From Octopus vulgaris (taxonomy: Eukaryota): a stretch of 64,000 bases of DNA. Under the pieces are notes generated by a model. That model was not told the DNA's origin. It did not search any database and was given only the letters and a program-made list of their open reading frames with translations. The DNA lies in contig OX597823.1 in assembly GCA_951406725.2 (NCBI GenBank), positions 76,198,001 through 76,262,000 of the forward strand, written 5' to 3'. The translations under genes were made by a program, and so were the position numbers. Positions 40,345 to 51,240 of this stretch are shown here, piece after piece (positions within the stretch are counted from its first letter, which is position 1; each line of letters opens with the position of its first letter).

Positions 40345-41441
40345 CTTTGATTAAAACCCCTTTCAACATCGAAGTATTCAAGGAGCATTTAAGGCACATA
40401 TAATTCTTTATGAGTACAATAAAGGTAACTCTGCTGCCGAAGTGACTCGAAACATACACTCAGTTTATGGCAAAGTGCTCGAATGAAAGAACTTGCAGGA
40501 GATCGTCTGCAAAATTGAAGATGAATATCGAACAGGATGTCCAGTTGAGTTTGACAAGCTCCTTGAGGCATTACTTGAAGAAAATCCGTCATTATTAATT
40601 GAAGAACTGGCAATAAAGCTTACTTCAAACCATACAACAGTTCATCGTCATCTACAACAACGTGGAAAGATTCCTAAACTTGGAAAATAGGTGCCTTATG
40701 TATTGTCCGAAAGCAACCGCAAATCCCGAGTTGGCATCTGCTCTTCTCTCCATTCTCGCAAACTCATTTCACCATTTTTCGATAGACTTGTGATGAAAAA
40801 TGGATTTTCTATCGAAATGTTAGACGTCGTAAATAGTGGCTTGGTAAAAGGGAAAATTCTCAACCACAACCGAGAAGGGAACTTCATGGGGAAAAGGTTC
40901 TACTCTCTATCTGGTGCGATTGCAAAGGCGTAATTTACTTTATATTGTTAACACCTAATGCAACAATCAATGCTCAAGTCTACTGTCAGCAATTAGAGCG
41001 TTTGAACCAAGCTTTGAAGGAAAAAAGAGCCGCTTTAGTGAGTCGAAAACGAGTGATGTTTCATCAGGACAATGCGCAACCCCACACTGCAAAGATCACA
41101 TCACAGAAGATCGAAGGGGTCGGTTTGGAAAAATTTCTTCATCCAACTTATTCTCCCGACCTTACTCCTTCAGGATACCATTTGTTTCATAGTTTACAGA
41201 TTTAGTAGGGGGATACAACTTTCGCAAGCCAGGGGGAGGTCGAACCTGACATTTCAGAGTTCTTCGCTTTGAAACCAAAAGAGTTTTACGTTGATGGGAT
41301 TAAAAAGCTTGTAAATAGATGGAGGTAAGTCATAGATAATTAGGGAAAGTACATTGATGATTAACTTTCAATTAAATATAACATTTGATCACTTGTATTA
41401 TTTATCCAAAATTCAGACAGAACTTATGGGATGACCTGAGA
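40345..41441 (+). mobile_element. Decayed mariner transposon, 5'-truncated
   Basis: KLGK*VPYVL (cf. WVPHEL), FHQDNAQPH, HPTYSPDLTPSGYHLF. Confidence 0.85.
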
Positions 41442-41838
41442 TATATACACTGGCGAAAATATATTTAAGACAGACGATAAAAGTTCTATTTCTTACAAAA
41501 TATTTTGTTACTAACACCATACAAATTATTTTTATCTTCTTCACGTTATGCAAAATTTATTTCGCTTTCGAATGATGCAGACAATAACCATTTTTATACA
41601 ACTTGAAGAATTCTAATGCTAAATATAATTTTAATGGAGATAACCTGCAGTATATAGTACAACATTTTTGTCTCCGTATATGAGCTAAGTATTAATAAAA
41701 TGTGGTATACGATAAAAATTTCGGATATTTGTCTTAAAACATTCAGACAAGAAAATTCAGATGTAGCACATGAGGTATTATTCCATACGAATATCCACAT
41801 ATTTATATTAAGAATTTCATGATAAAAATATAGAAATA

Positions 41839-42405
41839 TTGGGTTGTCCGGAAAGTTCTTGCAGATTTATAGTAGCTTATCTTTCGACTTATTTTAGAAC
41901 ATGTTTGAGTCCATAAAAAAGGATTTGACTACACCTCCATTTGGAGCACAGTTTAATCTATCTTTTCGTGGAAGAAGGTTTATGTTCCAATAACCTGTGT
42001 TACTTCTGTAACCCTTTAAATTAAAAGATGAGAAAAATTCATTATCGGCATTTGATGCTTTGGGAACCAGACAAAAATTGCTGCAGCTTGGCTGGGGTGA
42101 CTTACCCCACCCTCCATATTCACCAGATATTACTCCTTCGGATTTCCACTTATTCAGGTCTCTGCAGAATAGTCTTAATGGTGAAAATTTCAATTCCTTA
42201 GATGACGTAAAAAGATACCTTGATGAATTATTTGCCTTGAAACCACCCCAATTCTGGGAAGAGGGTATTTTAAAGGTAAATGTAAGATGGAGACGTATTG
42301 TGCAACGAAATGGTTCAGATTTGGTTCATTAAAAATGTAATGGCAAGTATTTAGTGACCATGTACTTTCCTTTAAAAATCGGAACGAACTTTCCGGACAA
42401 CCCAA
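41839..42405 (+). mobile_element. Internally deleted mariner (567 bp) with perfect TIRs
   Basis: TIR TTGGGTTGTCCGGAAAGTTC on both ends, TA TSD, HPPYSPDITPSDFHLF. Confidence 0.9.
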
Positions 42406-42857
42406 TATAAACATGAAAAATAAAAACCTAAATTGAAAGAGGCGATTAAAATTTTTTCCTAACCTGCAGCCGTTTGTTGTACGAAGTATTCGAAATTCAT
42501 CCCTCCTTCCTCAGGGTTCCTTTCTCGAGGTAAAATCCAGCAGAAAGCAGTAAGGCACTACATAGTGAGTATTCAAGTTGTGAAAGTTCAGTATTTGGGT
42601 ATCGGTAAATGGTTTTATTATTACCCATAAGGGGCAAACAAAGAGGGGACGATACAACCTGATGTGGGGTCAGATTCTCGGATGGGGTTACAAAAAAGAT
42701 GAGATTAAAAATTCAAAAATTCACAAAAATTGCAAAAATTATAAAATCGAATGAATAACAGACCGGAAGACATTACAGGTGGAGTGGGGGCGGGTTCAGC
42801 TCGGACCCCACGAGCCCCGCCTCACCACTGATACTTTGGTTTCGTCCTGATTTACAT

Positions 42858-45800
42858 TTATGTGGTGTCATCCATTCGCAACTTCCGTGCTACATCCTTC
42901 CATCGTTCTTCATACACTCTCTTAGTCAGGCATTTTCTCTCCAGCCCTATCTTCCTTTTCAGGTGGAAGATGAAGTAATTCATCAATCCAGGGCCGGATA
43001 TGAACTTGCCTGACCGTATACCTTTCATTCTCGTCTTCCATATCACCTCTTTCGCAATTGCTACCACAACGAGAAAACAATTCTTACCTTCTTTCGCGAG
43101 GAAATCTGGTGGGTCAATTTTTTTAATACACTCAGTCGACAGCTGTACTCTTCGTGTGCTTGACAACAGCTGTTCGGCATAAACCCACACCTCAGACACG
43201 ACCGAACAATGAACAATAGCGTGCGGGACGGTTTCCCTATCCCGCCCGCATCTTGGACACGTCGGACTGTCTTGGCCACCGTGCCTTGCGAGTTTATCCC
43301 GAACAGGTAGAGCTCCTCTGTAGCATTGCCATGCCAGAGACTTCTGGAAGTTGTCCAGTGTCTTCGGCTTGAACGTACGTCGGAACAGACTGGCCAGCTG
43401 ATTATCGTCGAGACCTAGGGTTTCCCCCAAGGTGTCTTCACATTTCGCCTCTACCAACCCTCTATAGAAGAATGTGGTGGAACCCCCACCGCAGGCGTTG
43501 CCCGAGCGACGGAATAGCAGGAGAGCCTTGCGACACTCCGTATACCATGTGCCCAGTTTCGATCTACGATTCAACCAGGTTTCCCATCCACCGAAACTAG
43601 TGAACTTGGGAAACATCAGTTTTGCTAGCGAAGACCACACCCGTTCACCATCCAGGTAGAGCCACAGATGTCTTAACCTCAGCGCATGTTTGCGCATCAT
43701 CAGCCAAGGCATCCCTAGCCCACCCTTTAACGGTTGTTGACAGCAAGTAGAGCGTTTCACAAATGGTTTCCCGCCCTTCCACAAGAAGTAGAAGAGCTGT
43801 CTTTCCAACTTGATCAACCACGAATCAGGGCATGGAACGACGGAAAGGCGGTAGGTGATAACCGATGCGATAAACACATTGGCCACCTCCGCCCTCCCTT
43901 TCAGGGATAGCCACCGCCAAGACCAGGTCTTGGCTACTGCAGCCACCTTGCTCGTTACCTCGCCCCAATTCTTCTCTATTTGGAGGTCTGGACCGAACCA
44001 GACCCCTAGCAGTTTAATCGGACCCTCCGTCCAACGTCCCACGACGCTGTCAGGAGGCATCGACTTGCCTCTCCAGGTGCCGAGTTGCAAGCCGACTGAC
44101 TTTTCGCGATTAACTTTTGCTCCTGTCACCGTCTCGTAATCCTCTATGGCCTTGCCTACTTTACATAGGTGGTCCATTTCGGTTACGATGATGGTGATGT
44201 CATCCGCGTACGCTGACACTGATTTTCCATTACCTGGCTGTCTCGGGATGCCGCTCAGTTTTCGCAGTAATGGCTCAAGAGCCATCACGTACAAAAGCGG
44301 GGAGAGCGGACACCCTTGACGAACCGAGCGTTTGATTTTGAACGGCTTCGACAAGAAGCCGTTCACCCGAACTACCGAGTCGATGTTGTCATAAATTTGG
44401 ATAATCCACCTGAGGAAGCCAAGGCTCAGCCCGAACTGTGCCAGGGCAGATACCAGGTAACGATGGTCGACCCTATCAAAAGCCTTGGATTGGTCTAAAT
44501 GGACCAGTGCCCCACCCTTGCCAGAATCACTATTAAACCCCTCTATAGTGTACCGCATTAGATGGAGATTATCCTGAATGGTTCTGCCCGGAACGGCACA
44601 TGTCTGTGCCTCCCCGATCAGACCATCCGCGACACGCGCCAATCTTTTCGATAACACTTTGGCCAAAATCTTCAACTCTGTGTTTAGCAGAGTGATGGGC
44701 CTGAAATTATCAATGCACTCCCCCTTGCTCGGGTCCTTTCTGACGAGAGTCACCACTCCCCGGCGCACAGATCTGGGTATAAGCCCGTTCTGCTGCCAGT
44801 TCGCATAGACCTACGCCAGTAGGTGCCCGAACAAGTCTGGCATACTCTTATATAACTCATAGGGTAGACCATCCAAACCCGGCGCCTTGCCCGTGCCGCA
44901 GTCCGCCATTGCCTCAACCACCTCCTCAGGCGTGATTGGCCCTTCACAGCCCTCCGCATCTCGCCCCGATAAGCGCGGCAGCCCGTCGAGTAGGTCCGTA
45001 AAGGCCCTCCTCCTATCCAGCCCGCCGCACTCACCGAAAAGCTGAGCGAAGTGCTCCTGAAAGGCCTCACACATCTCCTCGGGTTCGTTTATCAACTCAC
45101 CTTGTTGGTTCTTCAAAGATCGAATCGTGGCATCGTTGCCATTCTGAGCTTCCACCACTCGGGCCCATCTCACGGCGTTGATTCCTTCACATCCCGTATG
45201 ACGGATTCTAGCCCTGACAATGCAGCCCATGTGTTTGGCCTCGAGGTGCTGGTTTAACACCAGTCTTTTGGATGCCACCTGAGCCGCAGAGCCAGTTTTC
45301 ATGGCTTCCTCTAATTCCTTAACTAGAGTAGTTTCCCTTCTAGCCTCTCTAGTCACTACTCCTATGCTATATCTAATAGACTCAAACTTGATGGCTCGTT
45401 TGAGGGCGTACCACCATTTGTTATTAATGATGGCACCAGACAGCGCCCTCTGAATTATAGTCCTAATCCGGTCTCTGTACTCCTTAATTGCCAAAAGGGA
45501 CGTATTAGGTTTCCAGTAACCGGATCCTCTATTTCTAACCTTATCTATGTCAAGCTTACAAGTGACCATTTTATGATCACTGTAGCTGATCGGGTAAAAC
45601 TGTGGACACTTAGCTATTTTACTGTCTACCTTTCTAATTAGAATTCTATCTATGTATGACCTGGAAGATCCGTCGCTGTTTGACCATGTCCACAATGGAG
45701 CGTTCGGAAATTCCAACCTATAAGGATCTGCTAGCTCAAAGCGGCTTAGCAGTTCCAGGAAGCAAGAGTTACCTTTTCTATCTGCATTCGAGCTAACACA

Positions 45801-46250
45801 ATCTACATCCGCTTTGCAAATTGTGTTAAAGTCTCCTAGCACAACTAATGAATGCGAAGTACCGAGAAAGTTTTCTAGTTCACGAAAATAATCACTTTGC
45901 CCTGTATTGGGTGCGTAAATTGCAACCAGTCTGATAACTTTACCGTTACTGAACGTCAAATCCATGACGACCAGCCTACCTTCTGGGTCTGAAAAGATTA
46001 ACTTTTTCTCAAAAACCCGGTTTCTTTTTAATAGGACCAACACCCCACCCCCGCCTGTAGGACTGGCCGGAGAGAAAAAACTCTCGTAGCCGTCAAACAG
46101 CGGGAGTAGACCTCTTGGCCCCTTTAACCGGGTTTCTGTAGCAACAATAACATCCAAATTACGCGACCTGATATCATTAAGGAAGCGACCTTGCTTCCCG
46201 CTTGATCCCAGGCCGCGCACATTTAAACAACCAAAATAAATGTAGTCCAT
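42858..46250 (-). pseudogene. Tx1 ORF2 (APE endonuclease, reverse transcriptase, zinc finger) with one in-frame TAG at 44811-44813
   Basis: LNVRGL, TET, GDFN, IDRI, SDHK; KAPGLDG, RPITLLN, KAFDRV, QGCPLSP, YADD, CPRC..ETVPHAIVHC; both track ORFs share one frame (~1130 aa). Confidence 0.92.
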
Positions 46251-46258
46251 AACTTACC

Positions 46259-47623
46259 TTATATCAGTGGTTCGACTTGTTCGACTGGTTCGCCTTGTTT
46301 TTCGTCGTCTTCTTCGCTTTTATTTTTTTCCTTGGCTCGTGGGGGAGTCCGACGCAGGCCCTCGTATAGGTATGGAGACATGTCCAGTCTCAGAGGGCCC
46401 ACGTCGTGGAAGAATTCGGATTTTATCCGCCTGTAATCCTTCCGGCCTATTTTGTACACAATACAGTCTTTCGTTTTCCTTACTCTCTCCACTTTGGCCA
46501 TGGCTGCCAACACATTGACTAGTCTATTGTTGGTAGCCTTAATGGCCATAAATGAATTGGTTACTTCTTTTCTCTTCTTCTGGTTCTCTTCTTCTTGAGG
46601 GGTGGTTTCTGTTTTCCGTTTTTTTTTTTTGGTAACTTTTGACCACCCCTCCTCTTTTTCTTTTTCTTTTTCTGCACCACTCGATGATTTTTCTACCTCT
46701 TTGGTTTCCTCTGTTTTCTTTTCTGTTTCAGTTTCTTCCTTTTCCGACGGTGCTTCTACCTGCGGTTTAAGTTGATACTCTGCTCTTACGTGTCCCTTTT
46801 TTCCGCAGCCGAAGCACCTCGGCTTTCTTCCTTCTACGAAAACCAACACTCTCTCCTCCTCATCGAGCCTCAGCACCTCTGGTATTTCCTCCAGTGTCTG
46901 GACCTCGGCTTGGATTGCCATTGTGATGCTCTGGCCCTGCCAGAACCCCTCCTCCTCCACTGTAGCTTGGAGGATATTGATTTTGTCCTTCAGGCCTAGC
47001 ATCACTGCCGCCACCAGGCATGTGGCGTCCGCCTCTGGGGGAATATTTCTCATAACTATTTTTGAGGTCCTTCTGCCTCTGTACATGGGTAGAAGGACTA
47101 TGTTCCCTGCTTTTTGCGGTTCGGTAGATAGCCTCTTTGCTATTTCCTCGGTCCTAAACCTCACCTCTACCGTTCCGAACCTTCTTCCTCTGTTTATGTA
47201 TGTTACGTCCTTTCTAATTGCCTTCAGGCACTCCTCTATTTTCTTTTCTTCCACTTTTTGGATACTTTTTGTTGTTGTACTGTATGTTTTATAAATTATC
47301 CTTTTCTTTTCTATCTCTTCTTTTTTTCCTACATCTGCTTTTACTGCTATCTCGTTTCCTTCTTTTTTCAGAAAGACTTCATATTTTTCCAGATTACTGC
47401 TATCTGTATTTATACTTTTTTGTTTACGCCCTGCAACTTCCGCGAACTTCTTCGCTGGGGCCTTTTTTTCTGGCGTTACCGCCGGTTCTTTTTCCGGCGT
47501 CACCGCCGGTGAGCTTTCTTCACCTGAGGCTTGTGAGCTTTCATCACCTGAGATTGGTGAATAAGAGATAGGGAATTCCATTTCGAGCTTTTTCAGTTGG
47601 CATTCACCGCCTTCCGAAGACAT
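46259..47623 (-). CDS. Tx1 ORF1 (zinc knuckle, Lys/Glu-rich)
   Basis: Open frame from ATG at 47623; CFGCGKKGHVRAEY knuckle with last Cys replaced by Tyr; directly upstream of ORF2. Confidence 0.85.
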   Translation of the reverse strand: MSSEGGECQLKKLEMEFPISYSPISGDESSQASGEESSPAVTPEKEPAVTPEKKAPAKKFAEVAGRKQKSINTDSSNLEKYEVFLKKEGNEIAVKADVGKKEEIEKKRIIYKTYSTTTKSIQKVEEKKIEECLKAIRKDVTYINRGRRFGTVEVRFRTEEIAKRLSTEPQKAGNIVLLPMYRGRRTSKIVMRNIPPEADATCLVAAVMLGLKDKINILQATVEEEGFWQGQSITMAIQAEVQTLEEIPEVLRLDEEERVLVFVEGRKPRCFGCGKKGHVRAEYQLKPQVEAPSEKEETETEKKTEETKEVEKSSSGAEKEKEKEEGWSKVTKKKKRKTETTPQEEENQKKRKEVTNSFMAIKATNNRLVNVLAAMAKVERVRKTKDCIVYKIGRKDYRRIKSEFFHDVGPLRLDMSPYLYEGLRRTPPRAKEKNKSEEDDEKQGEPVEQVEPLI

Positions 47624-47896
47624 TTTGGCTTTGCAAGCCGTTTGTAGAAATTTTTTAATGTGTTCCACACACGATGACACACAATAATTCCCCCGCGAGG
47701 GGGGAACTAAGTACGCAGCCTTCGCACGAAGGCCACTAACAGTCTTATAGAAAAGACACCAAAACAACAGTGATTAAGTTAACAAAGTAGCAGTAATTTA
47801 CTAACCAAGCAGGCACTCGTATAAGTATTCAGTCGGTCAAAGTTCAGTTTTTGAGTATCGATGAAAAAGTAACATCTAACAAACAAAGTAACATCG

Positions 47897-48578
47897 TTTT
47901 TGGGTATCGGTAAATGGTTTTATTATTACCCATAAGGGGCAAACAAAGAGGGGACGATACAACCTGATGTGGGGTCAGATTCTCGGATGGGGTTACAAAA
48001 AAGATGAGATTAAAAATTCAAAAATTCACAAAATTGCAAAAATTATAAAATCGAATGAATAACAGACCGGAAGACATTACAGGTGGAGTGGGGGCGGGTT
48101 CAGCTTGGACCCCACGAGCCCCGCCTCACCACTGATACTTTGGTTTCGTCCTAATTTACATTTATGTGGTGTCATCCATTCGCAACTTCCGTGCTACATC
48201 CTTCCATCGTTCTTCATACACTCTCTTAGTCAGGCATTTTCTCTCCAGCCCTATCTTCCTTTTCAGGTGGAAGATGAAGTAATTCATCAACCCAGGGCCG
48301 GATATGAACTTGCCTGACCGTATACCTTTCATTCTCGTCTTCCATATCACCTCTTTCGCAATTGCTACCACAACGAGAAAACAATTCTTACCTTCTTTCG
48401 CGAGGAAATCTGGTGGGTCAATTTCTTTTTCTTTTTCTGCACCACTCGATGGTTTTTCTACCTCTTTGTTTTCCTCTGTTTTCTTTTCTGTTTCAGTTTC
48501 TTCCTTTTCCGACGGTGCTTCTACCTGCGGTTTAGGTTGACACTCTGCTCTTACGTGTCCCTTTTTTCCGCAGCCGAA
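47897..48578 (-). mobile_element. Second Tx1 copy, 5'-truncated with ~3.5-kb internal deletion
   Basis: 47897-48424 is near-identical to 42594-43120; 48422-48578 matches 46657-46813. Confidence 0.92.
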
Positions 48579-48584
48579 ATAAAG

Positions 48585-48748
48585 AAATAAACCGCCACTA
48601 CAATCTTTTCATGTCTTCAATGACATTCGTCAGGTGGATTTTCGATCTCCTAATCTGTTTTAATTTAAATTAAAACAGATTAGGAGATCGAAAATCCACC
48701 TGACGAATGTCATTGAAGACATGAAAAGATTGTAGTGGCGGTTTATTT
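48585..48748. repeat. Perfect 164-bp palindrome (no spacer)
   Basis: 82-bp arms, centre 48666/48667. Confidence 0.95.
48696..48738 (+). ncRNA. Minimal type I hammerhead ribozyme-like motif (Penelope-type)
   Basis: CCAC-CTGACGA-ATGTC(ATTGAA)GACAT-GAAA-AGATT-GTA-GTGG; stem III weak. Confidence 0.6.
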
Positions 48749-48920
48749 ATTTATATTAAAAAAATTTTTATGTATTGATTAAGTCTTTCCTTGTTTGTTT
48801 TGCAAAATAGTGGTTTTGTCTCGAATTAATATTATATAATATTTTACTATAAAATTGGATTTAATCCTAAATCTGGTTTTTTTCCCTGTAATTTTGGATT
48901 TATTCCCTAATATTTATTAT

Positions 48921-48987
<67 letters not shown>

Positions 48988-49418
48988 CATGTATGTATGT
49001 ATGTATGTATGTATGTATGTATGTATGTATGTATGTATGTGTGTGTGTATGTATATACTTACATATATATGTATATACATATGCATATATGGGTACAGGA
49101 CGTCACAGAAGGTAAACAACAGGAAATACGAAATACGAAAATATGGAATACGAACTTTTTTGCGAACAGCGAAAGAAACAATATTATCGATAATGCCCGA
49201 AATTGCGTTTGACTCCTCTTTCTGGTAACTGATGAAGAATTTGTGACCTTGTGTGTTTTCTGTTCGCCTGTGCATTTAGTATGTGTTCGTTTGTTTATTT
49301 ACAATACGTTTATTTTTAATTATATATATATAGATATGTCATATTTTCCGTTTGTTGTCTTTTTATTTAATCCTGAAGATATTATTTATGTAACGCACGC
49401 ACTCATTAATCTTTTACC

Positions 49419-49449
<31 letters not shown>

Positions 49450-49676
49450 ATGTGTGCGTGTGTGTGTGTGTGAGTGTGCGCGCGCGTGTGTGTGTGTAGT
49501 TCAAATTTACAGAAAACAAACGACGAAGACAGGTGAAAGAACAACAAGCAGAGTTTGAAGGTTTTTTAGTTATAGAAATCGACCCCAGGACTTACTCTTT
49601 GGAACCCTTTGGAACTTATCTATCTTTGGAACTTATTCTATCGGTTTCTTCTTCCAAAACGCTAAGCTACGGGGAC

Positions 49677-49737
<61 letters not shown>

Positions 49738-50210
49738 CGTAGGAGTGACTGTGTGACAAGAAGTTTGCTGCCTGGTCACTAGGTCAAATAGATTTGGACG
49801 ATGGAAACTGAAAAAAGCCCGTCGTATATACGTGTTTGTGGGCCGGAGGGGGCTAGCTTCGTGCTTGTCCCAGACAACCGCTTGTTGCCTTCCTTTCCAT
49901 CCCCGCAACTTAGAAGTTCGACGAAATTAACCGATAGAATATGTCGAATGACTGAGACAAGTAAATGTTTTTTAGATATATCGTAGTAATATCTAATGTA
50001 GTTGTGGTTTACGACCAGTCAGGACGTTACCATTGGTTTCACACTTTTTATACTCTTAGCAATATAGACGACTCCCACTACTAAGAACGTAAAAGGCGCG
50101 AAAGCAATGGTGACTCCTTGACAGGCCATACCAGCCACATAGTTTCGGGTTCATTCACACTGCGTGGCACCTTAGAACCTAGGGTTGGATTCAAAATTCT
50201 ACCAGGACAC

Positions 50211-50242
50211 CTGATGAAGGCTGGAGAGTAAATCAGCCGAAA
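50211..50242 (+). ncRNA. Hammerhead-like core
   Basis: CTGATGA-A-GGCTG(GAGAGTAAAT)CAGCC-GAAA; stems I and III not evident. Confidence 0.45.
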
Positions 50243-50842
50243 TTTTGTGGTAGCAACAAACAAGATGAGGACAAATATCCGTCCAATGTAAAAAATGTAA
50301 ATATTGTACAGAATTCCTCATCTCTAAAATATAGAACAATTTATGATTGTTTCAAAAAGTCCATGTTGACTTAATCTTGCATTGTGTTTTTAAACGACTC
50401 CACAATTAATGATGTAGTCATATCCGTTGTACAGATACCCTGTTCATAGAAATGATCCCTCGCAACTCTCTACAAAAAATAATATGCTGAAGTGTTTGTC
50501 TACCGCCTAAATACAGGACATTAATCAATGTTTATAGTGGACGGCACAGCGGTCACGTTTATAAACATGATTGAAGATAAGTCAAAATGAATTTGTAGAA
50601 ATAATTGTAAACTATGAAACAAAAATAATAACGCAAACTCCACTTTTCAGTGCTTATTACTTCTGTAACCTCTCAGAGGAAACATGACTCCTCCTTCACT
50701 CCTCTCTACCCTTCATTTATGGTTTGAGAATAATTCTATAATTGTTATAAACTGGAATGGAACTTACTCTCATTCTGCTCACATCCATTCACCATTTAAT
50801 GCTACTTGCTTTGCATCTTTTAGAGAGATAGATTAGATATAA

Positions 50843-51240
50843 CTAGCAGTATCGCCCGGCGTTGCTCGGGTTTGTAAGGGAAATAACTATATAAGCACTC
50901 TTAGAGAGTTATAGCCAAAAAATAGCAAAAAAATGCATTAAAAATGGAAAAAATGATGGTAATTTTTTTTTTAAATCGTTGACTCATCGTAGACATTTTT
51001 AGAGAATTACTTCCCTTATATAATAGCAAACAAAAATGCATTAAAATGGAAAAAAATGATGGTAAATTTTTTTTTAAATCGTAGACTCATCGTTGACGCA
51101 CGCTAATACCCAGAAGGGCTCGATATGAATCAAGACTATAAGATACCCGGTTTTGGTTAAACTGCACCGCAAAATGTGGGAGTAGTTAGGAATCTAAATC
51201 GTAGGAGACAGACACACAACCTCCCTTTTATATATAAAGA
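50843..51240 (-). mobile_element. Non-autonomous Helitron (E2 counterpart of 32074-32471)
   Basis: Same termini and same flanks. Confidence 0.9.

Larger units (their letters stand above)
42594..47860 (-). mobile_element. Full-length Tx1-clade (L1 group) LINE
   Basis: ORF1 plus ORF2 (APE-RT-CCHC), 5' and 3' UTRs, AATAAA near the 3' end. Confidence 0.92.

Noticed and set aside
39027-42405. Mariner transposases as the enzyme of the giant elements
   Set aside because: Tc1/mariner enzymes make TA TSDs, these copies have their own TIRs, and they are absent from E1
42430-42604. U1/U2/U5 snRNA, 5S or tRNA gene as the Tx1 target
   Set aside because: No recognisable match by eye to the canonical sequences
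43000-47571. Plus-strand ORFs over the LINE
   Set aside because: Antisense shadows of ORF1 and ORF2
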